A stretch of 64,000 bases of DNA from an uncultured delta proteobacterium (GCA_963769935.1 CAVYNY010000009.1:160001-224000), one strand, 5' to 3'; positions 28,346 to 40,031 are shown, counted from the first letter of the stretch. Notes: generated by a model from the letters alone, not told the origin. Translations and numbers: made by a program.

Positions 28346-31300
28346 ATCTTTCTACTCTCAGCACCGCCGGCACCCCCTGCCCGTAAACGTTGGGATCGTA
28401 CATCTGCTCGGCGTGGACCGGCATCACGCTAAATTCACCCGGCGCCACGGCCTGGGCCGTATAGGATAGATGATAGTTGCCGGCCGGCAGGTACTCGGAG
28501 TAGAACCGCGCTGCATCATGCCGCAGTTCCTGATGATAAAAGCTCCAGCGGGAAACGCCATAAGACGACCAGTCGCTGTAGCGAAACCACCAGGATCCGC
28601 CGGCCGGTTGAAACTCCCCTTGGTCGGCATCCACCGTGGAAGCCGTTGCCAGTTGGCGATTCACCGGTTCCAATCCGCCGGGTACCGGATCGTCGACCAC
28701 CACAAAATTGCCGGCCGCGGGCAGGGACATAAAAAGATCCACTCGGACCAGGTCGCCGCGTTTAAGCGGCATGGGGCTTTTTAGCAATTCCCACCGACCG
28801 TCCCGTTCCAGGCTGTACTCGCGATGAATTTCGATGCCCGCATTGACCGGATCCGTTTTCAGAGTCAAAGGTGCGTAAGACAGGCGGGCACTGTAATAAA
28901 GACGGCCCTGCCCTTTGCGCTCCAGCCGAACGACGGCCGTACGTCCCGGGTCATTGGCCTCCAGGGGCCTTTTGAGTTCTACCGGGTCATCCCGCAAATC
29001 GCTGAATTGGGCCCGTCCCATAACCTGCGCATCAAACAGCGCGCGGATGGCCATGGCCGGTTTATCGCTCTCATACACCCGGCTGTAGTCAATCAGCGCA
29101 TTCAGGCAAAACATGTTTTCCTGGGTGTTTTCCCAGTGATCGCGATTTTTGCGGCTCTGGGTGATATAGCGCACGAGTTTAAAGGGAATGTCGCCGACCA
29201 GTTGCCGGCCCGGGTCCGTAAGTCCGTAAGCCGTCAGGGCGCTCAAGACCGCACCGTTGGTCCGCAGGGCGGAAGCCAGGATACGGGTATAGCTGTCGTC
29301 AATGACTTCGCTGAAAACAAACTTTCCGCCGGATTGATCGGCATGGGCCAGGATCAGGTGGCAGACCTCGGCGCGGATGTTTTCCGATCCGGCCACTCCC
29401 AGTGCCGCCAGCAGAAAGTGGGCCTGGCCGAAAAGACTCATCTGCGGCACATGGGGCCGGTAGCGCTGCAGATCTGACAGATTGATTTTGCCATGCTCGA
29501 CCAGGGCCGCCAAGGCAACGGCCCGCACCGTGGAGGCCATACCCTTGGTATAAAAAGTCGGCACCACGTCGCGGCGCAATAAGGTTAAAAGATATTCATG
29601 CAGCTTTTGCTCCACCGGTGCCGGAATTTCGTATCCGCTCCTGCGCAGCCAGTTGAAGGCCAGCGCCGTGTAGGCGCTCAGGTAAGGGCTGACATAGCTA
29701 TCCTCCGGTATGTAATAGGTCATGCCCCCGTTGGGTGCCTGGTATGCGGCGGACCGCTCCAGCATGGATCGGGGCAGATCCGCGCTGCCCTGCCAGCTGA
29801 AGTCGCCGGGCATGTAGGCTTTGAGAGTGTTGTAATGGGACGCCATCACACCCCGGGTGAGCACCTGCTCCCAGCAAATATAGGGGTAGTCGCGCAGGTA
29901 CCTGAAAGCGCCCTCGAGATCGGCGATGACCGACGGCGCCAGCACCACGCTCACGCTGCCGACGTCGGTTCGAATAGCGGGGGGAAATTGAATTCGTTCC
30001 GTAACGGCCGCCGCCGTCGTCGATCCATAGGTGGCCGCCGTTTCCAGGCGATACCGCTTGCGGACCACCAGAGTGTGGACCAGCGCGTCCTGATCCAGGT
30101 CGTCACCGCCGCGGGCCGTAAATTTTATCTGGCCGGCCGCCACGGTCCTCAGCGGCAGCCAGACCGTGACGCGTTTATAAGGCTCCACGTCCAGCGTCCG
30201 GCTGACCGCGCGGGTTTTTTGGCCGGCAACCGTCTCAATCGCACCCTCGGCCGTGATGGTCACAGTCAGCTTTCTTTTTTGGGATGTGCGATTCATGACA
30301 CTGAAGCCGGCCTCGAAGCTGTCTCCCGCGGTGACCTGGTTGGGCATCACCGGACGAATTTCGGTGGGACGATTGACTTTGAAACCGCCCTCTCCCAGCC
30401 CCATCCGGTCACCGGGCGTTGCGGCCATGGCCAGCACCCGCCAGCCGGTCAGATTGTCCGGCACGTCAAACTCAATGGCCGCCCGGCCCTGGGCATCGGT
30501 TTTAATGGACGGATTCCAGTAGCTGACAAATTTAAATACCGACCGCAGGCTGATATCCAGCCCACCGCCCCCGCCGGCGCTGGCCCCTTTTTTCTCAAAC
30601 TTCTGCCGGCCCACCAGCCGCAGGAGTAAACTGTAATTTGTCAGATCGAGCCCGTCGACCGTGTAAAAGCCCTTATAGGGGTCAAAGTAATCCCGTCCCT
30701 GCGCCAGCAGATCAAATACCGCTTCATCCAGCACGGTTACGGCCAGTTCGATGGGTTCAGCGTTGACGGGATGCCGTGCGGCGGCTTGCAGTTGCACCTT
30801 GACGCGCTCGCGGGGTTTGTAGGTACCGCGCAAGGGCTCGACCTGAATCTGGATCTCTTTATACGGGTCCACAACCGGCACTTTGACATAACCTATACGA
30901 AAAGCCGGCTTTCCAAGATCCACCTGGCTGTCCGACGGCGGTTTTTCAACCCGCGGGGACATGACGACCACCGACAGGAAAAATCCCGGCAGATAGTCCT
31001 GTTTTACTTCAAATTCGATGATGGGGGTGGCGCTCTCCAGGGTCTCGAGCCGGCTGTGCAGGACCCCGTAGCGTTCGATGGTTACCAGCGCCCGGGCACC
31101 GGGAAAGGGATTTTTGACCAGATAGCGTGCCGTATCCCCCACGCGGTATGCCGGTTTTTCCGCGATGATCTCCAGGCTGTTGTCCGGACTTTCCTCCCAC
31201 AGGACCCGTCCTTTGCCGACCACCCATTGATAGATTTCCGTGCTGTGGGGTCGATTGCGCGTATCCTGCACCGTGGCGGTAATCCGGTGGGAACCGGGAT

Positions 31301-34217
31301 CCCGGGGTGTAAAGGCGCATTGTTCCGGTTCCAGGGACGACTTCAGTTCGCAGCGGGCCACTTCGACCCACTGATGGGAGTATTGGGTGAGGTAGGCATT
31401 GCCGGCTCCTTTGACCCGGGCCGCGCTGGTTTCACGGCGCTCGATCTTGACCTGCACGGGCACACCGGCCTGGGGGTTGCCCCGCGCGTCCACCACCAGC
31501 ACGTCGACGGCCGCCGGCTCGTCTTCGTTCATAACCCAGCCGGTACGACGCAGTCCGACGTAACGGTCGCGACCGGCATAGTCGGCTGCGGCCCGGCCCG
31601 TAATATACTTGCCGCGGTCATCTCTCACCGCGCTTTCCACAACCAGCCTGCCGTAGAGGATATTGCCGTCTGCCAGCGTGAAGCGGGTTGTCAGATTGCC
31701 CTGATTGTCAACGGTATTTTCAGTTTGATAAAGGGTCTGCCGGAACGGTGCCCCCGGCACAAAGGTGCTGAACACAAATCCACGGGCGGCCGGATCTTCC
31801 GAGCTGAAGCCACGGCTTTCCAGCGTGGCCGTGACACGGCTGCCGGCATCCGTATAAGGGCCGCCGGCATGCAGCCTGGCCTGCGTGGTCACCTCAACCT
31901 GATCCCCCGGCTGAAAATGTCCGGCATTCAGATCCGTGGTTACTTTAAAGGGCGCCGGGGTGAAATCGCTGACCAGCACCCGCATTGGCTCCCAGCCGGT
32001 TTCTGAAAATCCGGCCTTCAGCTGAAAGCGGTACCAACCCACGGCCCCGTTCTCGGCCACGGTAAGTTCGCCGTCATAAGCGCCGAATTCGGACAACGTT
32101 AAATCGGCAACCGTGTAAACGGTTTTACCCGTGGGGTCGATAACTTCAAGCGAATAGCCTCCCGGGGGCGCCGGCACAAAGGTTTCGTTATCCTGGTCCC
32201 GCACGTAGAGTTTGTATTGAATCGTATCGCCGGCTTTATAAACGCCCTGGGCCGTAGTGCCCCAGGTGTGAATATGACCGTAGCGCGGCTGGAGACGGGG
32301 GGATACCGAGTAGCGTGAGACCCGATAGGTATCGACCTGAAACTGGTAATCCAACGGCAACAGGGCCAGATCAGCGTTCTTTTCGACGCGCACAAATATC
32401 CGGGGATCATCCATATTATACGAATTGAGATATTTTAATTCCGGATCGAACTCCCGGGTTCCGGCCAGCATGGCCACGCCGTCGGCGTTGGTTGAGGCGG
32501 CGGTCAGAATCGCAGGCTGCAGCGGCAGCGCGGTGTAGGTGCCACGATAAATCTCGACGACAGCGTCGGCTACAGGCAAGCCCGCCTTAAGGTCCGTCAC
32601 CCACACCAGGGTGTTGAAATGGCCGATTTTTACATGCACGCTGAAAGGGGTTACCTGGGCAAAAAACCAGCGTTCCCAAAAATTCTTCGACACCGCGGGG
32701 CTGGTATCCACGGTGCCCTGGATCACGCCGGATCGGCCGTCGAGCATATCACGGACCTGCAAAGGGATCCGGAAGGCAACATCTGCGGCCGCCGGAATCC
32801 GGATTGTTTGATTTTGGCGGGTTTGCCTGCCTTCGGTCGTCAGGCGGTCATAGATTACCGAGGCCCTGTCAAGGTTGGTCACCACCAGGGGCACCTCGGT
32901 ATTCACGTCCTTTTCCAGCACGGCCCTGGGGTGGGTCAGGGTAAAATCCGGCGGCCGGTGATCGGTGGCAAACTGCATATCAACGGGGGCCGGCAGGCGG
33001 CGTCCGAATTCATCTTGAAATTGATCGGCGTTGCTGCGCAGGGAATATACCTGGTAGGCGTGCAATACTTCCGGCAGCCAGACGTAATACTTGCGTCCCT
33101 GCTGGTGGGGTGAGCCCAGTTGGGAGTAGCCCCGATAATTGGCCCAGGGATCATAATCGGCTCGGCCGCCGGCCAGGTCGGGTGTGATGGTCAGATGGTC
33201 CTTGACCTCATCTACGATGACCGGTGCACTGAAAACCAGTGCCACGCGTCCCAGGGGATTGCAGCGGGGCTGATTCTCCCACCCGGTTCCGGCCGGATCG
33301 ATGGTGATTTTTTTACCCGCATTGTCGCTGCACTCAACGCCTTCGAAGGCAAATTCCGGAAACGTGTCGAAGGCCACCAGCACACGATTTTCGGCACCCA
33401 GTTCCGGTCCGAGAGTAGAGACCAGGCCCGGCTCCACCTGCAACTGCGCCGGGGTGTCAAGGGGAAGCTCAGCGGCGGGCGACACCAGCCAGACCCGCCG
33501 CGCTTCGGCCTGCGGATTTGACACGGGCTGTTTCTGAATATTGACGGTTTGATCCGGGGCTTTTTTATTTTCCGGAACCAATGCGAGCTTTTCTCCCGGT
33601 AAAGGAAGTATCAAAGGCGGCTCTTTGTCGTCGGGATCCGGCTCGACCTTCAGGCTGACGCGGTGCTGGTTTTGCGCTGCAAGCGTTATGAAAACATGTT
33701 CGGCCACTGATACCCGGGATACCGGCTGGCTAAAGGTCATGCGAATCAAGGGCCTGCCGGGAGCCTGCCATGTTTTAAACCAGGCGTGCCGCACTTTCGG
33801 TCGCTCGGTGACGAAACTGTGGGCCACGGGTTTTGCCAGGGTCGCGCCGTCCGCGGATATAATGCCCGGATTGACGACAATATCATAGCGAGTGGCGGGT
33901 GTTAACGCCGATTTCTCGTCCAGCTGACAGGCCAGCGCACTGGTATTCAGCCAGCGCCATTGGCAGTTCAGCGCGGGCAAGATGGTGATGGGAATTTCCG
34001 ATGCCCGGCGTTCCATGCGCCCCACCGGCACGACCGCCCGGTTAAACTGAATAACGATCTGTCGTCCGGCCGGCACATCCTGGCCGGTCGGCGTTATGCG
34101 CACAATGCTCAATGCCGCCGGCTCAGCACCGGAAGCTCCGCCGGCATTTAGAATCAAAACGGCGCCGGTGAATAGGACCGCAAGGCCTACAGATGAAAGC
34201 GCACAAAATCGACGCAT
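28344..34217 (-). CDS. Bacterial alpha-2-macroglobulin (YfhM-like)
   Basis: 1957 aa, signal peptide, MG domains, PDNLTGWR, intact thioester motif YPYICWEQ, VVDDPVPGGLE, EQMYDP; paired with pbpC. Confidence 0.93.
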   Translation of the reverse strand: MRRFCALSSVGLAVLFTGAVLILNAGGASGAEPAALSIVRITPTGQDVPAGRQIVIQFNRAVVPVGRMERRASEIPITILPALNCQWRWLNTSALACQLDEKSALTPATRYDIVVNPGIISADGATLAKPVAHSFVTERPKVRHAWFKTWQAPGRPLIRMTFSQPVSRVSVAEHVFITLAAQNQHRVSLKVEPDPDDKEPPLILPLPGEKLALVPENKKAPDQTVNIQKQPVSNPQAEARRVWLVSPAAELPLDTPAQLQVEPGLVSTLGPELGAENRVLVAFDTFPEFAFEGVECSDNAGKKITIDPAGTGWENQPRCNPLGRVALVFSAPVIVDEVKDHLTITPDLAGGRADYDPWANYRGYSQLGSPHQQGRKYYVWLPEVLHAYQVYSLRSNADQFQDEFGRRLPAPVDMQFATDHRPPDFTLTHPRAVLEKDVNTEVPLVVTNLDRASVIYDRLTTEGRQTRQNQTIRIPAAADVAFRIPLQVRDMLDGRSGVIQGTVDTSPAVSKNFWERWFFAQVTPFSVHVKIGHFNTLVWVTDLKAGLPVADAVVEIYRGTYTALPLQPAILTAASTNADGVAMLAGTREFDPELKYLNSYNMDDPRIFVRVEKNADLALLPLDYQFQVDTYRVSRYSVSPRLQPRYGHIHTWGTTAQGVYKAGDTIQYKLYVRDQDNETFVPAPPGGYSLEVIDPTGKTVYTVADLTLSEFGAYDGELTVAENGAVGWYRFQLKAGFSETGWEPMRVLVSDFTPAPFKVTTDLNAGHFQPGDQVEVTTQARLHAGGPYTDAGSRVTATLESRGFSSEDPAARGFVFSTFVPGAPFRQTLYQTENTVDNQGNLTTRFTLADGNILYGRLVVESAVRDDRGKYITGRAAADYAGRDRYVGLRRTGWVMNEDEPAAVDVLVVDARGNPQAGVPVQVKIERRETSAARVKGAGNAYLTQYSHQWVEVARCELKSSLEPEQCAFTPRDPGSHRITATVQDTRNRPHSTEIYQWVVGKGRVLWEESPDNSLEIIAEKPAYRVGDTARYLVKNPFPGARALVTIERYGVLHSRLETLESATPIIEFEVKQDYLPGFFLSVVVMSPRVEKPPSDSQVDLGKPAFRIGYVKVPVVDPYKEIQIQVEPLRGTYKPRERVKVQLQAAARHPVNAEPIELAVTVLDEAVFDLLAQGRDYFDPYKGFYTVDGLDLTNYSLLLRLVGRQKFEKKGASAGGGGGLDISLRSVFKFVSYWNPSIKTDAQGRAAIEFDVPDNLTGWRVLAMAATPGDRMGLGEGGFKVNRPTEIRPVMPNQVTAGDSFEAGFSVMNRTSQKRKLTVTITAEGAIETVAGQKTRAVSRTLDVEPYKRVTVWLPLRTVAAGQIKFTARGGDDLDQDALVHTLVVRKRYRLETAATYGSTTAAAVTERIQFPPAIRTDVGSVSVVLAPSVIADLEGAFRYLRDYPYICWEQVLTRGVMASHYNTLKAYMPGDFSWQGSADLPRSMLERSAAYQAPNGGMTYYIPEDSYVSPYLSAYTALAFNWLRRSGYEIPAPVEQKLHEYLLTLLRRDVVPTFYTKGMASTVRAVALAALVEHGKINLSDLQRYRPHVPQMSLFGQAHFLLAALGVAGSENIRAEVCHLILAHADQSGGKFVFSEVIDDSYTRILASALRTNGAVLSALTAYGLTDPGRQLVGDIPFKLVRYITQSRKNRDHWENTQENMFCLNALIDYSRVYESDKPAMAIRALFDAQVMGRAQFSDLRDDPVELKRPLEANDPGRTAVVRLERKGQGRLYYSARLSYAPLTLKTDPVNAGIEIHREYSLERDGRWELLKSPMPLKRGDLVRVDLFMSLPAAGNFVVVDDPVPGGLEPVNRQLATASTVDADQGEFQPAGGSWWFRYSDWSSYGVSRWSFYHQELRHDAARFYSEYLPAGNYHLSYTAQAVAPGEFSVMPVHAEQMYDPNVYGQGVPAVLRVER

Positions 34218-34246
34218 GGCTTTTTTCTCCTAACATGGAATCTTGT

Positions 34247-34311
34247 TGAAGTTTCACACGAGCCAGGCCGCCGGCCCAACAAACGGCCAGATTAATCGAG
34301 AAAAAAACTTT
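34247..34311 (-). repeat. About 65-bp dispersed repeat, copy 2
   Basis: Reverse complement of 9419-9481 with a 2-nt indel and a few mismatches. Confidence 0.85.
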
Positions 34312-34672
34312 TGGGAATCCGGACACAGTTGGATCTAATATCACGCCCACTTTCAGGCTTCGCTCTTCGAGCTGCGACCCGACAAGCCGATAGAGCTCAC
34401 AGATTCCGTGGAGAACATTTTTCTTCGCCGCAGGCGGCTGCCAACCCTTACCTCTGTGACCTCTGAGCGCTCTGTGTGAGATTTAGTTTCATATAAGCAC
34501 ACGAGGTGTCAGCCTCTGTCTGACGAATTGTTCAGAATGATTAGGCTAAGCTGGCACATGTTGCATGGCTGGCGGGAATTCGCTTTTTTATCTTCGTCTG
34601 AGACCGTTTCAAAGCCTAAATCTCCTTCCCAGTAAAATTGGCTGATACAGGCGGCAAGCGGCGGCGCTGACA

Positions 34673-34893
34673 CCTCATATGAAACTTCCTTAAATTCGAT
34701 GCCATTTTTACGAAGTGTCTCACCGCTGAGAGCGCAGAGAGCGCAGAGATTAATTTAACTTTTCTTTCTCGGCGTTCTCCCACCGGGGCGTAGGCCCTAT
34801 GGGCCGGAGGCGGCGGGCTCTGCGGTGAACTATTATGTTTCTTTTTCGATCAAACCGGCCGTTGTTTTGGCCGGCGGCGGCGCTGAAACCTGA
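34673..34893 (+). repeat. 221-bp composite dispersed repeat, copy 1
   Basis: Highly similar reverse-complement copy at 53852-54072. Confidence 0.9.
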
Positions 34894-34927
34894 AACCTAT
34901 AGAATCAACCGTCCATCAATTTCTTAT

Positions 34928-37201
34928 CTATTTTTTGGCTTCTTGCATGCGCTGGAGATCTTCCCGGGCCCATTTTTGGGGAGAATATGGATTGGAGTAT
35001 TTTTTTTCGGCATCTGTTTGCAGGCAACGCTCAAAGGCCTGCGCGGCAGAAGCAGCATCTCCCTGCAGCCAGTGGTTAAGCCCGATAACATATTCCGCTG
35101 AAACTTTCCAGTCCGGAGAATTGCCCATCCGGTGTCTGAAAGTTTCTTCAGTCAAGGTACCATTGAGAAATTTGGCCTGCAAGGAAAAAAATTTAAACCT
35201 TTCAAATTGGTCCACCACATAGTTCCAGTAGACCGCGGCACCGGCGGCATCGTTGAAAAACCTGGCCCTGGTAATGCCGGCCATCATAGCGGCCGTAACC
35301 CTGGTAAGTTTATCTGCCTGCCGGGACCGCATGACAGAATCATAGGAAGCGGCGGCGTCCTCTATGTTTCCCAGCTCCGTGAAGCGATTGGCCAGCAGCA
35401 TGAGGGGCCGGGATCTTTGAGTTTTAACCACCGCTTCCTTCAAATAAGCGATTTCAAACCGCGTATTTCCTAGACGGCGCTGGACATTGGCCATTAACAA
35501 TAATGCCTCGCCACCGGACGGCGCCAGTTTGAGGCTGGCCGCCAGATGCCTTCCGGCGGTCTCCAAATGACCGGCTTTGATTTCAAGACGTGCGAATTCA
35601 TTGAACACGTCCGGGAATGCGGGTTCGCGCTGCAGCGCTTTACTCAGGTATTCCCGCGCCTGCTCATCCTGCCCCCGCCGGGCATACAACCGCCCGATCC
35701 GGTAGGGCGAATCCGGGTCCCAGGGAAAATCCTGCATTGATTTTTGGTAGGCACGGATGGCGTCATCGAGGCGGCCGCGGTCTTCATAATGCCGGCCGAT
35801 AAAAAAATCATGCCGCGCCGTTTTGCGGGCCGCCAGATCTTGCCAATCCGGCCAGCAAATCAGGCATAAAACGGCGCAGACGGGCGTCCAGCGGTAAAGC
35901 GCCCGCCGGTTCCCGGTTTTAACCCAGCGATAAAAAGACCACAAGGCCAGGGCCGCAAAAACCGCCAACATGACAGCCGGCGGCAGCCGGTAGCGGTCGG
36001 ACGCCTTGAATGGAATGATGGATATAATGACAGCCATCGTAACGATGACAAGCAACTGCTGGTTTTGGGTGGGGCGGCGGCAGAAAAACAGGCCCAGCAG
36101 GCCCAAGGGTCCAGCCAGCCAAAAGCCGGTCCAGGGCAGCGCCAGAAACCAGGAGTAGTTACGGTAGGCCGCCACATCGAATTCCTGGCTCCATTCACGG
36201 GCGTTCATGAAAATGAACACCCGCCGCAAAAAATTATATGCAACGCCGCCCGGGTCGCTCCGGATAACATCGACCAGCTTGTGCGCCCAGAATTTTTCGA
36301 CTTCCAACTCGGAAAATGCGCCGGCCTGCTCGGCCAGATGCATGTATTTGTCAAAAAGGATGCCGGCCGGCGGATGCAGCCCTTTGAATTCCGGCGCCAG
36401 GCCGGAATAAAGGCTCCAGGACGCCTGGGTGCGCAACATCGGTGCACCGGTTAAATAATAATTGCGCGCAAAGATCGGTCCGATAATCAAAACGGTTCCG
36501 CAGGCAAACAGGGCGGCCGTCTTCAGCGCCGCCGCCGGGTGTCCCTTATTTTTCAGGATCAGCCAGCCGCAAATGCACGGCAGCACCAGAAACAAATTGG
36601 CCCGCACCCCGGCAGACAGCGCGAAGCTGACGCCGGCGGCAAGAAGCGCCCAATATCGATGCGAACGCCGGATCAGCCACCAGAGAGCGAGGCTGAAAAA
36701 GAAAATACTGAACGTTTCAGCAAATTTTTCGGATTCAAAAACAACCAGCATCCAGTAAGTTGCGATGAGATAGCCGCTGATCAGGCCCACCTGGCGCTGC
36801 CAGGTGCGGGCGGCAATCTGAGCCAGTAAAACAGCCGTTCCGGCACCCATGATGCTCTGTAAAATCTTGTTAACCAGCGGCCCGGAACCGAAAATTATTT
36901 GCTGCACCGCCAGAAAGGCCGGATAAATCGGCAGATAATTTCCGACGCTGTCCCACAGCCAGACGCCGTCCACCATCTTCTGAGCCCAACTGGCATAGGA
37001 GGAGGCATCGACTACCGGAACGCCGAAAAGGGGATTGTCGAAGGATTGGATCACATAGATCAGCCGGAAACCCAGAGCAAACAAAAATAAAAAAAGGCTG
37101 GACCTCCTGCCAAGAGATTGTAGCGCCGGATCAGGGCTGCCGCTGGAATTCGATTCAAACCCATCGGCCGACATTGCCATGTGGGTATTGGTACTGATCA
37201 T
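34928..37201 (-). CDS. GT-C type (ArnT/PMT-like) membrane glycosyltransferase with C-terminal TPR repeats
   Basis: Multi-pass N-terminal half with DASSYASWA, PIYPAFLA, RYRLP; TPR-like repeats after about residue 460; start uncertain. Confidence 0.78.
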   Translation of the reverse strand: MISTNTHMAMSADGFESNSSGSPDPALQSLGRRSSLFLFLFALGFRLIYVIQSFDNPLFGVPVVDASSYASWAQKMVDGVWLWDSVGNYLPIYPAFLAVQQIIFGSGPLVNKILQSIMGAGTAVLLAQIAARTWQRQVGLISGYLIATYWMLVVFESEKFAETFSIFFFSLALWWLIRRSHRYWALLAAGVSFALSAGVRANLFLVLPCICGWLILKNKGHPAAALKTAALFACGTVLIIGPIFARNYYLTGAPMLRTQASWSLYSGLAPEFKGLHPPAGILFDKYMHLAEQAGAFSELEVEKFWAHKLVDVIRSDPGGVAYNFLRRVFIFMNAREWSQEFDVAAYRNYSWFLALPWTGFWLAGPLGLLGLFFCRRPTQNQQLLVIVTMAVIISIIPFKASDRYRLPPAVMLAVFAALALWSFYRWVKTGNRRALYRWTPVCAVLCLICWPDWQDLAARKTARHDFFIGRHYEDRGRLDDAIRAYQKSMQDFPWDPDSPYRIGRLYARRGQDEQAREYLSKALQREPAFPDVFNEFARLEIKAGHLETAGRHLAASLKLAPSGGEALLLMANVQRRLGNTRFEIAYLKEAVVKTQRSRPLMLLANRFTELGNIEDAAASYDSVMRSRQADKLTRVTAAMMAGITRARFFNDAAGAAVYWNYVVDQFERFKFFSLQAKFLNGTLTEETFRHRMGNSPDWKVSAEYVIGLNHWLQGDAASAAQAFERCLQTDAEKKYSNPYSPQKWAREDLQRMQEAKK

Positions 37202-37354
37202 TTTTGAAAATCTTTTTGATTATTGTTGATTCGGAATTACGTTGACGTTGCCTGGTCATTGCGCTCGATTAGATTGTAATTGCCTCTAATTGTACTAAAT
37301 CCTGCTGCTTCTTCAATCAAAAAATTTGAAATGGCCATAGCGCAAGGTTTTGTT

Positions 37355-37383
37355 TTGACAATTTTCCCCTTTTTTTATATAAA
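37355..37383 (+). promoter_or_regulatory. Sigma70-like promoter TTGACA-17-TATAAA
   Basis: Near-consensus boxes upstream of the histidine kinase gene. Confidence 0.6.
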
Positions 37384-37487
37384 ATTAGATGATTAGAAAA
37401 AATCCTGCTATCCCAAGAGGCTGAATTCCGGTGTTTTCCAAGGCAATCAACATTATAAGACGCGAAATTGAGCGTCTAAAAGCAACG

Positions 37488-40031
37488 ATGATTCTGAAAA
37501 GAATCTTGAAACTCAGAAACAGCAAACGCTTTGCGACCAATCTGGTGGCAACGTTTGCGGTGCTTGCCACCCTGTCCGTCATCGTCATCGTCATCGCGCT
37601 TTACGGATATTTTGATAAACAGGTTGAGTCTGAATTTCGCAAGAAAATACTGGCGGAAAAAGGTCAGGTTGAGATCATCTTAAGCAACCGCATCTCCCGT
37701 ATCAGCAATATGTTAAAAGATCTGGGATCCGATAACATTATTCGTGTGACGGTAATGCTCGATGGAAACTCCCAGCTCGAAGAGCGGATCGCGGAAGTCT
37801 ACCCCGCCAGCCAGGGCGTTTACTTTTTTGTGAAAAAGCACAATGAGATAACGGTCATACCGCAAACCTATCCCACTGTGTCGCCAAGTCTGATCGACTT
37901 CGCTCTCAAAAGATATCCATACGGCGAAATTCTGGAGGAAAATGGAATCACACGCCTGGTGTGGCTGTTTTCGACTCCGATAATGCATCAGACCCAGCTT
38001 ATGGGAACTGCCTATGCCCTCTATGATATGACGCAGGATAAAAAGATGATCCAGCAGCTCAATGAAACGGTGAGCGGCGACATATCCATGCTCAACTCCA
38101 ATAAACTCTACAGCCTGGGCTCCGGCAAGGCCCTGCAGCTGAATGAGGAAATGCTGAAAAGCATCTCAATGAATTTGGAACTGCTGCCGCTGGGCGAAAA
38201 ACTCATCCTGTCTAAAATTGATGGTTTTGATAATCTTTATTATAAATCGTCGCTGGAAGCTCTGGTTAATGGAAAGCGAAAAGTCACCTTATGGATCGGT
38301 CTGTTCTCGGTTGTCATTCTTAGCGTATCGATCATCATGTCTATCCATTTAGGCAAGAAAATGGTGGAGCCGTTGCGCCGCATGACCAGGATGGCGATTC
38401 AAATCTCAGAAGGACAAAAAGACCTGTTATTTGAAACCGGCAGCAATAATTACTGGGAATTCGAACAATTATCCCAGGCCTTCAATTACATGCTTACCAA
38501 TTTAAAAGATGCCGAAGAGCAATCGCGCTACAAAGAGCTGCTTGAAAATGTCGATGATGCGGTCTACATCCTCGATCAGAAAGGCAGGGTGCTGGAAGCC
38601 AATGAAGCCGCCTACACGCAGCTGGGATACTCGCCCGAACAATTCTTCGGTTTAAACCTGAGTGACCTTCTGCCTGCCACAGCGACGCGTTCAATCATAG
38701 ACCAGCTGGGTAAGGACGACCCGCATGAAATCCCTAAAAAGATCACCATTGATACCACCCATACCAAAACGAACGGCGAACTCATGCCCGTGGAAATTCA
38801 ATCCCGGGCCATATCCTACCGGGGACGCAATGTTATTCTCAATGTCGCCCGGGATATCACGGCGCGCATTGAAGCGGAAAAAGAAAAAAAACACCTGGAA
38901 AGCCAGTTGATGCATTCCCAGAAAATGGAGGCCGTCGGCACGCTGGCCGGCGGCATTGCCCATGACTTCAACAACCTTTTAATGGGAATTCAGGGATATG
39001 TCTCTCTGATGCGGCTGCAAACCAAATCGGGAGACCCGAACGAAGACTACATCAAGGGCATTGAAAACGCGGTTATGAACGCCGCCAATCTCACCAACCA
39101 GCTGCTCGGGTTTGCCCGCAAAGGAAAATACACACTCAGACAAACGAGCTTAAATTGCATTGTGGAAAACAGCACCAAAATGTTTACCCGTACCAGAAAA
39201 GAAATCGTCACCCACCTGAAACTCCAGGAGGACATCTGGAACGTTAAGGTCGACCCGGGACAAATCGAACAGGTGCTGATTAACCTTTACCTGAATGCCT
39301 GGCATGCCATGCCGGAGGGCGGCGATATTTTCATTCAGACGGAAAACATCTTCCTCAGTGAGGATTACTGCAGGCCCTTTGAGGTGCCGGGCGGAAATTA
39401 TGTTAAAGTCTCCGTGACGGACACCGGTCTCGGTATCCAGGAAGACATCATCGAAAGGATTTTCGAGCCGTTCTTTACTACCAAAGATGTCGGCAAAGGC
39501 ACCGGGCTCGGTTTGGCATCGGCTTACGGCATCATCAAGAATCACAACGGCATCATAAGAGTTTACAGCGAGAAATGCAACGGAACCACGTTCAATATCT
39601 ACCTGCCGGCCTCGGATGACAAAGCAGCCGCCGACGTAAAGGTGAGCAGGAAAATTTTGAGGGGTGAAGGAAAGATACTTCTGGTAGATGATGAAGCGGG
39701 CACCATCCAGGTGGAAGAATTGATGCTCAAAGAGCTCGGCTACAAGGTGCTGGCGGCCTTGAGCGGTCATGAAGCACTGGTGCTGTATAAAGATAACATG
39801 GTGGATCTGGACCTGGTGGCGCTGGATATGATTATGCCGGAAATGAACGGCAAGGACACCTATGAAGCGTTGAAAAAAATAAACCCGAATGTCAAGGTGC
39901 TGCTGGTAAGCGGTTACAGTTTGAACAAGCAGATTGAGGAGTTGATGCATAGAGGCTGCAACGGATTCATTCAAAAGCCCTTTGATATTGTCCAGCTCTC
40001 CCAGAAAATCAGAGAAGTGTTAGAGGATTGA
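37488..40031 (+). CDS. Hybrid sensor histidine kinase (TM-sensor-TM, HAMP, PAS, kinase, receiver)
   Basis: [10 protein letters not shown]-box, [30 protein letters not shown], receiver LVDDE...LDMIMP...KPF. Confidence 0.94.
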   Translation: MILKRILKLRNSKRFATNLVATFAVLATLSVIVIVIALYGYFDKQVESEFRKKILAEKGQVEIILSNRISRISNMLKDLGSDNIIRVTVMLDGNSQLEERIAEVYPASQGVYFFVKKHNEITVIPQTYPTVSPSLIDFALKRYPYGEILEENGITRLVWLFSTPIMHQTQLMGTAYALYDMTQDKKMIQQLNETVSGDISMLNSNKLYSLGSGKALQLNEEMLKSISMNLELLPLGEKLILSKIDGFDNLYYKSSLEALVNGKRKVTLWIGLFSVVILSVSIIMSIHLGKKMVEPLRRMTRMAIQISEGQKDLLFETGSNNYWEFEQLSQAFNYMLTNLKDAEEQSRYKELLENVDDAVYILDQKGRVLEANEAAYTQLGYSPEQFFGLNLSDLLPATATRSIIDQLGKDDPHEIPKKITIDTTHTKTNGELMPVEIQSRAISYRGRNVILNVARDITARIEAEKEKKHLESQLMHSQKMEAVGTLAGGIAHDFNNLLMGIQGYVSLMRLQTKSGDPNEDYIKGIENAVMNAANLTNQLLGFARKGKYTLRQTSLNCIVENSTKMFTRTRKEIVTHLKLQEDIWNVKVDPGQIEQVLINLYLNAWHAMPEGGDIFIQTENIFLSEDYCRPFEVPGGNYVKVSVTDTGLGIQEDIIERIFEPFFTTKDVGKGTGLGLASAYGIIKNHNGIIRVYSEKCNGTTFNIYLPASDDKAAADVKVSRKILRGEGKILLVDDEAGTIQVEELMLKELGYKVLAALSGHEALVLYKDNMVDLDLVALDMIMPEMNGKDTYEALKKINPNVKVLLVSGYSLNKQIEELMHRGCNGFIQKPFDIVQLSQKIREVLED

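Noticed and set aside
28424..34151. Plus-strand ORFs up to 411 aa
   Set aside because: Antisense shadows of the alpha-2-macroglobulin gene
34552..34565. TGGCAC-atg-TTGCA as a sigma54 promoter
   Set aside because: Spacing between the GG and GC elements is 2 bp too short
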